NCBI GenBank assembly: GCA_965224085.1
Contig: CBDCYI010000005.1
Location: 2,048,001 to 2,112,000 of the forward strand
DNA: 64,000 nt
Source of the DNA: Candidatus Marinacidobacterales bacterium
Lineage (GTDB): Bacteria > Acidobacteriota > Vicinamibacteria > Marinacidobacterales > SMYC01
Direction of reading: 5' to 3'
In this document: in pieces, positions 9,741-20,151 of the stretch
How the letters are laid out: every line of letters starts with the position of its first letter
How positions within the stretch are numbered: position 1 is the stretch's first letter
Program-made: the position numbers and the translations under genes
The notes under the pieces: model-generated
Seen by the model: the letters and a program-made list of their open reading frames with translations, nothing else
What the model was told of the DNA's origin: nothing
Database searches by the model: none

Positions 9741-11339
9741 ATGAGGAAAAGCACTACGGCATTGGCCCTTTGGGTGATCTTCCCTTTTTGTTTGACTGGA
9801 GGTGTCGAGCGGCTCGAGGCGGCCACAGATTCCATACAGGAGATCGTGCTCGAAAACGGGTTTCGAGTGCTGGTCGTCGAGAAAACCGCCGTGCCCCGGG
9901 TGGCTGCGAGTCTCTGGTATCGGGTAGGAGGGATAGCCGAAGCTCAAGGTGAGCACGGCTCCACCCACTTTCTCGAGCATTTGATCCATCAGGGAACAAC
10001 GACCGTGGGCACTAGAGACTTCGCGGCGGAAAAACCCATTTTGAGAGAGATCTATGAAACGGAACAGAAGCTGATTGAAGTTTGGAATCGGGAACGTAAT
10101 CGCCTGAGGGAGCGAAATGTCTTTTACGATGAGCTTGACTGGCCTACGACGCCGGAGATGGTGAAGTTGCGCCAGCGGCTCTACGAGCTGGAGGACCAAG
10201 ATTCGGAGCTTCGAGAGTTCTGGGCCGAGTACAACTGGTACCGACGTTACGGCGGCCGTGCTCGGCACGCCGATCCCGTGCCCGCGACGACGGGAAACGA
10301 GCATATGGACATCTCTCTCGACCTCCCTAAAGAAAACCTCGAGCTCCTCTTCCGGCTCGAGGCGGAGCGGATGGTCAATGCGGTTTTGCGCGGTTGGGAG
10401 GCTCAGCGATTCACCGTTTTCGAGCAGATCCTCAACAGCCACAGCCGGCCGGAGAGAGGGAGATTCTATCAGGCAATTAACGGAGTAACGGGGCTCGCCC
10501 ACCCGATATACCTGTCCGCGGGAGGGCATATGCGGGACTTCGCCTACTTCAATCGCGCCAGTATGCTCCGGATGTACGAGAAGTATTTCGTCCCCGGAAA
10601 TGCCACCCTCGTTCTGGTTGGTGACGTGTCGCTCGGGCAGGTTCGCTCCCTCGCCGAGCGCTACTTCGGTCGCATCCCCAAAGGAGCCGAGGCGCCGGCC
10701 CGGATGGACTACGAAGCGGAGCCGGTTCCCGGAGGCGCCGCGCGGCTCGACTGGTTGGAACCGCTGGATCCACGAATCATCATTCGGTTCCGCATTCCCG
10801 GCGTCGGGCACCCCGACCGGCCAGCGTTCGATGCCCTTGCGGCGGTGTTGCGAGGCCGTCACGGGGTGCTGGCTCGCGCCTCGAGGTTAAGGGAGGGTGG
10901 ATCGCGCGACCCATTTCGCGAGGTCGACTTTCAAGCATCGGCGCCGCGTTCTGGCTCGCCCCGCACCATCAGCCTCGTGGCCCGGGCGCGACGGGATGAC
11001 GATCTTCCCAAGCTCGAGCAAATGATGCTCGCGGCTTTAGAGGAGCTGCGCCAGGGAAAACTGGCTTCAGGGGATTTGAACCGGGCGCGAAAAGCGATGC
11101 GCCTGCAGTGGGAGCAGATCCGCTCGAGCCGTGGCAATCTGGCTTCGGAGCTCGGACGGTTCCAGGTGATGGACAGTTGGAGAACGCTCGAGCCCTATAT
11201 GGACGCGCGAGAGAAGGCTTCCATTGAAGACATCCGCCGCGTCGCCGAGCGCTATCTCGTTCCGGCCAACCGCACCATCGCCACGTCGCGTCGAAATCCC
11301 GCACCGAACGCTCTCCTGGCACGCACAAGCCCGGAGTAG
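9741..11339 (+). CDS. M16 family protein, HxxEH subunit 2
   Basis: HFLEH motif; paralog of 6567-8210; RBS GGAGG before ATG 9741. Confidence 0.9.
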   Translation: MRKSTTALALWVIFPFCLTGGVERLEAATDSIQEIVLENGFRVLVVEKTAVPRVAASLWYRVGGIAEAQGEHGSTHFLEHLIHQGTTTVGTRDFAAEKPILREIYETEQKLIEVWNRERNRLRERNVFYDELDWPTTPEMVKLRQRLYELEDQDSELREFWAEYNWYRRYGGRARHADPVPATTGNEHMDISLDLPKENLELLFRLEAERMVNAVLRGWEAQRFTVFEQILNSHSRPERGRFYQAINGVTGLAHPIYLSAGGHMRDFAYFNRASMLRMYEKYFVPGNATLVLVGDVSLGQVRSLAERYFGRIPKGAEAPARMDYEAEPVPGGAARLDWLEPLDPRIIIRFRIPGVGHPDRPAFDALAAVLRGRHGVLARASRLREGGSRDPFREVDFQASAPRSGSPRTISLVARARRDDDLPKLEQMMLAALEELRQGKLASGDLNRARKAMRLQWEQIRSSRGNLASELGRFQVMDSWRTLEPYMDAREKASIEDIRRVAERYLVPANRTIATSRRNPAPNALLARTSPE

Positions 11340-11380
11340 AACGTACCGCGAGACGGTGTGAGGGGTGGAGGACGGAGATC

Positions 11381-12967
11381 ATGACGAAATCACTCTTTGT
11401 GGCGAAGCTGTTTGCCGTAGGAATGCTGGCGACAGGGCCACTGACGATGGCTTCAAGTGGGAGTCAGGTATCCCGGTCGGCCGCAAAAGCACTGCCCGCA
11501 GTCGAAGTTCAGGAGCTCGTCCTCGATAACGGCTTCCGGGTGCTGGTTGTCGAGGACGCGCGGGTACCCCGGGTGGCGGCAAGTCTCTTCTATCGCGTCG
11601 GAGCACTGCAGGAGAGGCAGGGCGAGCACGGCTCCACCCACTTTCTCGAGCATGCTATCCATCAGGGAACGACGAGCGTGGGCACTAGAAACTTCGAGGC
11701 GGAAATACCCATTTTGAGGGAGATCTATGAAACGGAACAGGAGCTGATCGCGCTCTGGAATCAAGATAGGAATCAGCTGCGGGAGCGGAACATCTTCTTC
11801 GATGAGCTCGACTGGCCGACCTCTCCTGAGATGGAGCGACTCAGGCAGCACCTTTACGAGCTCGAAGATCAAGACACGCAATACCGGGAGTTCTGGGCCG
11901 AGTACAACTGGTACCGGCGTTACGGCGGCCGTGCTCGGCACGCCGATCCCGTGCCCGCGACGACGGGAAACGAGCATATGGACATCTCTCTCGACCTCCC
12001 TAAAGAAAACCTCGAGCTCTTCTTCCGTTTGGAAGCAGACCGCATGGTCAACGCGGTCCTTCGTGGATGGGAAGCGCAACGGTTCACCGTGCTCGAACAG
12101 ATCCTCGGAAGGTGGAGCCGGCGGGACACGAGACTCGCCGAAGCTCTTCTAGGAGTGAGCGGCTATGCTCATCCTGTTTACACGCGGACGGCCTGGGGAC
12201 ATCTGCGCGACTTCGCTTATTTCAATCGCGCGAGCATGCTCCGCATCTACGATGACTACTTTGTGCCTAACAATGCGACCCTGGCACTGGTGGGAGACAT
12301 CTCGCTGCGAGAGGTGCGCTCCCTCGCCCAGCGCTACTTCGGCCGCATTCCCAGAGGGCCAAAGCCTCCGGCACGCATGGATCTGGAAGCGGAGCCACCG
12401 CCAGGAGGCGCCGTCCGGCTCGATTGGTTGGAGCCCTTGGAGCCGCGGGTGCTCATTCGCTACCGCATCCCGGCGGTCGGGCATCCTGATCGACCTGTGT
12501 TCGACACCATAGCTGCCTTACTGAAAGGCCCACAGGGCATGCTTGGCGCGAAGCTCCTGGGTGAACGCGGACTGGCTCCTGGCGTCGATTTGCAAGTCAC
12601 TGCAAGCCGTAGAGGAACGCCCGGGGCGATCGACCTCGTATCGGTGGCGGGGCGCGATGAAGACCTGGCTACGATTGAGAGCGCGATGCTCGAAGTCGTT
12701 GACGAATTGCGTCAAGGACGAGTCGACCCCAAAGCACTCGAACGAGCTCGTAAGGCACTGCGACTGGAATGGGAACGGATGAGGTCAGATCGGGACGAGC
12801 TGGCATATCAGCTAGCGGGCCATGCCGTCTTTGACAGCTGGGAAACGTTGCCGCTCCAGATGGAAGCCCGACTGGGGACGTCCTTGGAGGACATTCAGCG
12901 AGCAGCTAGACAATACCTCGTGTCGGTGAACCGGGTGATTGCCACCTCGCGTCGTAACCCGAGGTGA
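11381..12967 (+). CDS. M16 family protein, HxxEH subunit 3
   Basis: HFLEH motif; signal peptide; paralog of subunits 1 and 2. Confidence 0.9.
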   Translation: MTKSLFVAKLFAVGMLATGPLTMASSGSQVSRSAAKALPAVEVQELVLDNGFRVLVVEDARVPRVAASLFYRVGALQERQGEHGSTHFLEHAIHQGTTSVGTRNFEAEIPILREIYETEQELIALWNQDRNQLRERNIFFDELDWPTSPEMERLRQHLYELEDQDTQYREFWAEYNWYRRYGGRARHADPVPATTGNEHMDISLDLPKENLELFFRLEADRMVNAVLRGWEAQRFTVLEQILGRWSRRDTRLAEALLGVSGYAHPVYTRTAWGHLRDFAYFNRASMLRIYDDYFVPNNATLALVGDISLREVRSLAQRYFGRIPRGPKPPARMDLEAEPPPGGAVRLDWLEPLEPRVLIRYRIPAVGHPDRPVFDTIAALLKGPQGMLGAKLLGERGLAPGVDLQVTASRRGTPGAIDLVSVAGRDEDLATIESAMLEVVDELRQGRVDPKALERARKALRLEWERMRSDRDELAYQLAGHAVFDSWETLPLQMEARLGTSLEDIQRAARQYLVSVNRVIATSRRNPR

Positions 12968-13046
12968 CCTTACCGTTACCAACACCCACAACCAAGCTGG
13001 GTCAATCGCAGGCCCCCATTCTCCGGATCCCACCCGTGCCGGTAAG

Positions 13047-14756
13047 GTGAAGCGGACCGCCATACGATCCATCGCCTCTGTGCTGGCGCTGGTGATGGGA
13101 CCGCCGTACCCTTTGCTGTCATTCCAAGAAGGCCAAGAAGGCCAAGAAGGCCAAGAAGGAATGCTCTTTCGGGAAGTGACGGACGAGGTGAAGCTCGGCT
13201 TCCGGCATGAGCCCGGTGATGAGGCACGCTTCCTCCTGCCCGAGATCATGGGCTCGGGCGGCGCCTTTCTCGACTATGACGACGACGGGGATCTGGACAT
13301 CTACCTCATTCAAGGGGGTAAGCTAGACGGGCGAGGTATCGAGCCGCCGCGGAATCGTCTCTTTCGGCAGAACGCCGATGGCGGATTCACCGACGTCACC
13401 GCGCAGTCCGGGCTAGGAGACACTGGGTATGGAATAGGCATAGCCGTGGGCGACATCGACAATGACGGCCGCGTCGACGTCTTTGTCTCTAATTACGGAC
13501 GCGATGCGCTTTATCGCAATGACGGTGGAGGCAAGTTCACGAACATCGCGGCTGGCGCGGGTATCGCAGGGAAAGAGTTTTCGGCCTCGGCCGTCTTCTG
13601 TGACTACGATGGAGACGGATTCCTTGACCTCTATGTGACGCATTATGTCGACTATGACCCGGACAAAGGTTGCGTCAGAGAAGACGGAAGCCCCGACTAC
13701 TGTAGCCCGCAGAGTTTCCCCGGAACTAGCGATGCCCTGTATCACAACGAGGGTGACGGTACGTTCACCGACGTGTCCGGTAGGGCGGGCATTCAGCAGA
13801 TCGCTGCTCCCGGACTTGGCGTGGTGTGCACGGATCTCAACGGTGACCAGCTCCCCGATTTCTACGTGGCCAACGACGGCGAGGCCAATCAGCTTTGGGA
13901 GAATCAAGGCAAAGGCAAGTTCGTCGATCAAGCGTTCTTGCAGGGCCTCGCCTTGAATGTGTTCGGCCAGCCGGAAGCCGGTATGGGGATCACCATAGGC
14001 GATGTGGACGGCGATGGCGACTTCGATCTATTTCTTACGCACCTGACCAACCAGACCAACACACTCTACCTGAACACCGGCGCGCTGGGATTCGAGGATC
14101 GATCGGCGGCGGCGGGTCTAGCGTCCTCGAGTCTTCCTCGGACGGGGTTTGGAACCGGGTTTTTCGACTACGACCACGACGGCGATCTCGACATTGCGGT
14201 GGTGAATGGTCGGGTGCAGCGCCACCTGACGGTTTCCGGGGCTCGACTGGAACCCTACTGGAATCCTTACGCCGAGCCAAATCTTCTCCTCAGAAACGAC
14301 GGAGCGGGTCGTTTCAGCAACGTCAGCTCCCTGGCGGGGTCGTTTGGCTCCGAGATAGAGGTAAGCCGCGGCCTAGCACTTGGTGATGTGGACAACGATG
14401 GAGACCTCGATATCTTACTCACCAATACAGCGGGGCCCGCCCGACTCTTTCGCAACCAAGCACGGAAGCAAGGCAGTTGGCTGGCGGTACGGGCCATCGA
14501 TCTGAAGCTCAAGCGAGATGCCTACGGTGCGGTCATCATCGTGGTTGCGGACGGCAAGGAGTATGTGCGAGTGGTCCAGCCAGGCTTCAGCTATCTGTCG
14601 AGCAATGACCCGCGGGTCCATTTTGGCTTTCCCGGAGTGGAAAAAGCCGAGAGCATCCGCGTTCTCTGGCCGGACGGAAGCGAAGAGGTCTTTCCCGGCG
14701 TTGATTTGGGTCAAAGCGTCGTCTTGGAAAAGGGTCGGGGAGGCCGAAAACGTTAA
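13047..14756 (+). CDS. CRTAC1 family FG-GAP/ASPIC-UnbV protein (start uncertain)
   Basis: EIMGSGGAFLDYDDDGDLD, many DxDxDG repeats, C-terminal SYLSSNDPRVHFG...V.WPDG. Confidence 0.88.
   Translation: MKRTAIRSIASVLALVMGPPYPLLSFQEGQEGQEGQEGMLFREVTDEVKLGFRHEPGDEARFLLPEIMGSGGAFLDYDDDGDLDIYLIQGGKLDGRGIEPPRNRLFRQNADGGFTDVTAQSGLGDTGYGIGIAVGDIDNDGRVDVFVSNYGRDALYRNDGGGKFTNIAAGAGIAGKEFSASAVFCDYDGDGFLDLYVTHYVDYDPDKGCVREDGSPDYCSPQSFPGTSDALYHNEGDGTFTDVSGRAGIQQIAAPGLGVVCTDLNGDQLPDFYVANDGEANQLWENQGKGKFVDQAFLQGLALNVFGQPEAGMGITIGDVDGDGDFDLFLTHLTNQTNTLYLNTGALGFEDRSAAAGLASSSLPRTGFGTGFFDYDHDGDLDIAVVNGRVQRHLTVSGARLEPYWNPYAEPNLLLRNDGAGRFSNVSSLAGSFGSEIEVSRGLALGDVDNDGDLDILLTNTAGPARLFRNQARKQGSWLAVRAIDLKLKRDAYGAVIIVVADGKEYVRVVQPGFSYLSSNDPRVHFGFPGVEKAESIRVLWPDGSEEVFPGVDLGQSVVLEKGRGGRKR
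13125..13160 (+). repeat. 9-bp tandem repeat x4 (CAAGAAGGC, encoding QEG)
   Basis: caagaaggc x3 plus caagaagga, read directly. Confidence 0.9.
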
Positions 14757-15245
14757 GCAAGAAGAGAAAAATTCTCAGATTTCGCGAAGTGAAGGATAAA
14801 TCCAAGGCTTCGTATTTTTGCAATCCAAGAAAATGGAATTCGCATCAGCCCATGGAACCGAGATTACATCTTCTTTTGTTTCACATGGTTAAACCCGACA
14901 TCTGGATGTGGCTTGGTGTAGATCCGTCAACTAACTGGTTAGTGAAATTCAAATATATGGATAGATCCAATCTCTCGGTCTTCTTCTTTCGTCACTAACC
15001 GTTTGCCTTAGAACTACTTACAGCTAAGGACTGCCTGCCCGTATTGTGGTACACATTTCGCACGGAATAAGAACTGTTATCACCTGAGCGCGGCTGAGGA
15101 ACAGCGGAGACCTCACGATAGACTGTCCACGCGTCATCGACCGGCTGAGACAGCTTTATTTCGAATGGTTGAGCACCTGGTTTCAATTTCCGAGCACTCC
15201 GATCGTTAACTGGGTCCGATTCAAATCCTGAAAGGAGGGAGGAAA

Positions 15246-17859
15246 ATGCTGCATAAGTTATTCGACCTCTTACGCAACTTAGCGCCCCCAGCTATGTTGA
15301 CCCTGGCTGTATTGCTAGTCGGAGCGGGCACCGCCTTCTCGCAAGAGGTGACGGGAACCCTCTATGGGAAGGTCGCTGACGAGTCCGGCCTGGCCGTCCC
15401 TGGAGTGACGGTCACAATAAGCAGTCCACAGTTTATCAAGGAGGCGGAGGTTCGTCTCACTACCGGCACTGGAACCTATCGCGTGCCGAACCTCCCTACT
15501 GGCTTCTACACCGTGAAGGTTGAGCTTCCAGGCTTCCAGACCATCACTCGCGAGGGTATCGAGCTGCAGGCGGGTTCATCAATAAAAATCGATTTTAACC
15601 TCAAGTTGAGCCCTCTCGAGGAGAGCATCACCGTCACCGGAGAATCGCCGCTCGTTGACGTCAGAGGCGCGGAGACGATGCGGACAGTGGAAACCGCAAT
15701 CATCGAGAATATTCCTACCAATCGCAGGATTGAGGAGGTCCTTACTAGCGCTCCGGGCATCATCGATAGCCAGTATGGTTTCTCGCCCGCCCAGACAGTT
15801 CACGGTAGCTCGGTTCGGGACAACCTCTATAACCTCGATGGGGCCGGCACCAACGATACCACGGTCGGATACAATGCCATGCCTATCCCATATGACATCG
15901 TGGAGGAGGTTCAGATCACCACCGGGGGCATTTCTGCCGAGTTTGGCCAGGCCAGTGGCGCGGTTTTCAATATCATCACCAAGTCGGGAGGGAACGATCT
16001 GCGCGGCGAGGCCAACGTCTTCTTGGTGAACGATAGCTTGCAAGCGGACAACCTCACCGACGAACTTCGTGCCCAGGGGCTCGAAAAAGGAACGACCGAA
16101 AAAAAGAACTTGGAGTACGGATTCGTTTTGGGCGGGCCACTGAAGCGAGATAGGGTCTGGTTCTTTGGTAACGTCCGCTGGTTCGATGTAGAACGGACCC
16201 AGGCTGGAAGCGCTGTTCAGCCAGGCTCTAGTCAATTTCAGAGAGGAATTCGGCCTCAACGCAGTAGGCACTCGTGACCTCGACACCGGGCTCGACTCTG
16301 GAGGTTGGACCGGCACACGGGGCCCCACCTTCCAGCGGGACAAGAGGACGATCAAGGCCAACATCTCGCACTACGTCGATCAGTGGGCTGGCACACACAG
16401 CATCAAGGCAGGGTATATTAACGAATTCTCTCCCTTTGCGCGGGTCCGAGACATTTTCGGGGACACGCACCTCCGGACTCGAAGCGGGGTGCCGCACCGA
16501 GTTCGACTCTACAATACACCGAGGGAGCCCAGAACCAATGTGTCGTTTAACGCCCTGTTCCTCCAGGACGAGTGGACCGTAGGAGACCGCGTCACACTAA
16601 GCCTGGGCGTGCGCTCCGAGTGGACCGAAGGCTGGCAGCCCGACCAGCAAAGTGGAGGGGGCATGTGGTTCCCCGTCGAGAACTTCCCAGAGGAACGCGA
16701 CCAGATCAGCTGGTTCAACACGGCGCCACGGCTCGGAGCGGTATGGGATGTCAGAGGCGATCAAAGGACTTCTGTCAAGGCGAGTTATGGCCGCTATTAC
16801 ATGTCCCTTCTCAACCAGCACGTTCTCACTGGCAACCGCGGCCAGGCCGGCTACCAGGAGTTCGACTGGATGGACCTCAACGGTGACCTCAAGTTCCAGG
16901 ACGGCGAGCAGGGCACCCTGCGCAACGATAATCGGTCAAGTCAGAATACCTTCGACCCCGACTTGATACAGCCGTACGTAGATACGATTCACGTGGGCGT
17001 GGACCAGCAGCTGGGAAATGACTTCGTCGTGTCCGTGGCCGGGATCTTCAAGAGAGAGCGGGACATTATCGAAACGATCGATCTATCCAAGCCTTTCGAC
17101 AAATATAACCCGTTCACTGTAACCAACCCAATTGACGGCCAACCCTTGACCATCTTTGCATTGGACGAGAGCCTTCAAGGTGTGCAGCGAATCCGATATC
17201 TCACCAACCCCACCGATCCGGTGGTTCTCAAGCGGGACTACAAAGGAATCGAGATCGTAGCTCGCAAGCGGATGAGCGACGGCTGGCAGTTTACTGGCTC
17301 GCTCAATCTCGGCCGGTCCGAGGGCAACATCGGCAACAGTTTCGGCGCCAGCTGGGGAGGGCACCGAGTCTACGACGACCCGAACGCCTTTCTTAATATT
17401 GACGGTCCGCTCGACTTGGACTCTCCCGTCCAGATCAAGCTCTTCGGGAGCTACCAGGCTCCTTACGAAATCATGGCGAGCGTGTTCTACCAGGGGCTTT
17501 CCGGCTTTCCGATCAAGCCCAACTCGGGTTTCCCGTCGGACATACTGGGTGCGTACACGGTTCGCTTCAGCCGCAACGATCACCCAGAGATTGTCGCGGA
17601 GAGCTTCATCGACGTCGCCGGTCAGCCGAGAGGAACGAACCGCCAAGACTTCCGGCACCTGCTCTCGTTCCGCGCGGAAAAACAGATTGAAATGGGTGAT
17701 AGGGCGAGACTGAGTCTGGTGGCCGACGTCTTCAACATTTTAAACACCAGCACCGTCCTCGCGGTGGATTCGCTGCGGTTCGGCAGTCCCAATTTCCTCG
17801 GGCCGGCCATCATTGAGCTTCCTCGTACCTTGCGGGTGGGACTGCGGTTTGCCTTCTAA
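15246..17859 (+). pseudogene. TonB-dependent receptor (TBDR2) with an internal ~77-codon deletion and frameshift
   Basis: The N-terminal half matches TBDR1 up to ERTQAG. The sequence then resumes in another frame at LEALFSQ..., equivalent to TBDR1 LDASYS. Ends LRVGLRFAF. Confidence 0.85.
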
Positions 17860-17974
17860 TCTAGCTGGAGGACCGGAGGAGATAGAAAGAGTTCGGGTCT
17901 GGTCTGAACGGAAACATGGCCACCTCGCCATTGTGTCGCCGTGCGCGATGATGAGGCGGGGTGGCCATTGCACT

Positions 17975-18194
17975 CTAGTCCTCTGGAACAGAGGTTCGTG
18001 GCCTAAAGCTCGAGGTCATTTTGTGGGCTGGCAAGGCGTGACGACGAAGTCATATTGGGATATTTCGAGGAGAAACAACGCAGCCACCAGAGCATCATTC
18101 AAGCCGCGGTGATTCACGCGCTGACCAATGACACGATCGTAGCGGGCAAAAGGGCCCGAGATTTAGGTTACGAATCTCTGTTCCAGGGGACTAG
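17975..18194. repeat. CTAG-bounded long-hairpin element, copy C (copy A plus a 55-bp insert)
   Basis: Near-identical to 6178-6342 apart from the insert ccagagcatc...acgatcgta. Confidence 0.85.
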
Positions 18195-18328
18195 CTCGTT
18201 GCTCGAGAGGATGATTGCCAACCGGGTTCTTGTTGGCATCGAGATTGCGATACACCAGGTCTACGATCATCCAGAGTCTGCGTGACTCGAGGAGGACCGG
18301 GCCTCGCAAGACAAGAAAGGAGGCAGTC

Positions 18329-20068
18329 GTGCGTTACTTGAGATTTTTGACTTTGGCACTCATGGCGTTCGCCGTCGCCGGCAGCATCGCTCCGGAGACC
18401 AGGGCGCAAAAGAGTGCCCTCGCCAACCTACCTACGGATCCGAGGGATCCGCTGCTCAACCAGGGACCAAAGAAGGTGGCGGTGGGAGAGAGCGTGATGG
18501 TGAGCACGCAGCTACCCATTGTGACGGAAGCTGCGCTCCAGGTGCTGCGCGAGGGAGGCAACGCCATCGACGCCTTCATCACGGCGGTGTTCCTGCAGAA
18601 TGTGGTCGACTACCACCAGGGCTCTCTCTTCGGCGCGATGGGAGGGCTTTACTATGAGGCAGCCACGGGGAAGTATCACGTCTTTGAGTCCTATTCCGAG
18701 CGGCCGCTCGCCGGACGCTGCGGCGAAGGCGACCCATCACAGGTGGCGATCGGAGGCAAAGTTCTCGGCCTCGAGGCGCTGGCCAAGCGCTTCGGCACCC
18801 GGGAGTGGCCGAGCTATGTCGAACCGGCGATTGCCGCGGCAGAGGAAGGCGTCCTGGTCACCTCGTTCATGTTCGCCAGCAATTACAACTCCTGGGAAAA
18901 CCGCGACTTGATCCAGAAAAACAAAGAGGCCAGCGAGTTCTACATGCCGGACGGGCATCTGGTCCCGGTGGGTCATCGCTGGAAGATGCCAAAGTTAGCG
19001 GAGACTCTGCGGAAGATTGCCTCCGAGGGAGCGGACTACCTTTACACCGGCGCCTGGGGACAGAAGTTCGTGCGTGAGACCAGGAAGAAGGGTTACTGCG
19101 TGAGCATGGAGGACATGGCGGGTTTCGAGGTGCGGTGGGGAGAGCCGGTGCGCACGACGTACCGGGGGTATGAGATTTTCAGCGAGCCGCCTCCGAAGAA
19201 GGGCGGTATCCAGATCGGCTACAACTTGAACATCCTGGAAAACTTCGATCTCAAGAGCCTGGGGCATTATAGCGAGTCAGCGGATACGCTGGAGATCATG
19301 ACACGCGCCTTCGGCCGGGTCGAGGACGATCTTCGCTACGCGATCGCCGACCCCCTGAGCTTTCAGATCCCGTCCCAGATCTGGCTTTCGAAGGACTACG
19401 CCAAGATCGGAGCCGACTTTGTGCGCAGCACCATGGTGCTGCCGAACGTGGACCTGACGCCGCCCGAGAAGTCGACAACGGCAAGCAACGAGGCCGGAGG
19501 CACTCGTCTCGCCCGCGTGCTGGAGGGGCTGCCGACAGTCGACGAGAGTAACCACAATGTGATCGTGGACGCGGAAGGAAACTGGATCTCCTCGTTGCAT
19601 ACCGGGCACGGAGGAGCTCCGGGAACTTTCATCGATGGTATTCGAGCCAGGGGTAGCGGATTCCCCGGGCAGACAGTGGGGCCGGGGCGTCGCGTCAGTC
19701 CCAACAGCACCGGTACGATCGTGGCCAAAGACGGCAAACCTTGGCTGTCGCTGGGCTCTCCGGGTGTGCCGCCCCAGCCGGTGACGGAGGTGCTGGTCAA
19801 TATCATCGATTTCGGCATGCATCCCACAGAAGCGGCCGATGAAACCCGCTTCTTCGCGTTCCGCACCGCCGAGCGTGTCCTCGCGATCGAATCGAGGATT
19901 TCCGAGGAGGTACGCAAAGGGATGGCGGCGCGCGGCATCCAGCTCGAACACCTGGGTCCCTACAACTGGCATACCGGGTCGATGCAAATCATCTGGCGTG
20001 ACCCAACCACCGGGAAGCTACACGGGGTTACCGATCCGCGACGGCTCGGCCACGCAGCAGGGTTCTAA
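18329..20068 (+). CDS. Gamma-glutamyltransferase-like Ntn hydrolase (GGT-like 1)
   Basis: VLREGGNAIDA, LAETLRKIA.EG...Y.G, YRGYEI..PPP, HxVIVDAEGN, LGSPG, G..DPRR.G.A.G; RBS AAGGAGG before GTG. Confidence 0.88.
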   Translation: MRYLRFLTLALMAFAVAGSIAPETRAQKSALANLPTDPRDPLLNQGPKKVAVGESVMVSTQLPIVTEAALQVLREGGNAIDAFITAVFLQNVVDYHQGSLFGAMGGLYYEAATGKYHVFESYSERPLAGRCGEGDPSQVAIGGKVLGLEALAKRFGTREWPSYVEPAIAAAEEGVLVTSFMFASNYNSWENRDLIQKNKEASEFYMPDGHLVPVGHRWKMPKLAETLRKIASEGADYLYTGAWGQKFVRETRKKGYCVSMEDMAGFEVRWGEPVRTTYRGYEIFSEPPPKKGGIQIGYNLNILENFDLKSLGHYSESADTLEIMTRAFGRVEDDLRYAIADPLSFQIPSQIWLSKDYAKIGADFVRSTMVLPNVDLTPPEKSTTASNEAGGTRLARVLEGLPTVDESNHNVIVDAEGNWISSLHTGHGGAPGTFIDGIRARGSGFPGQTVGPGRRVSPNSTGTIVAKDGKPWLSLGSPGVPPQPVTEVLVNIIDFGMHPTEAADETRFFAFRTAERVLAIESRISEEVRKGMAARGIQLEHLGPYNWHTGSMQIIWRDPTTGKLHGVTDPRRLGHAAGF

Positions 20069-20151
20069 GTAAGCTGGAAGCCGGGGTAGGGGTCCGCCAG
20101 GTATCCCTTCTCCGGGCTTCTCTGTAAACTCGGAAGAAGAGGAGTAGCGAG

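Noticed and set aside
16200-16490. Programmed frameshift in TBDR2
   Set aside because: About 77 codons of the barrel are missing, so frameshifting could not restore a complete receptor.
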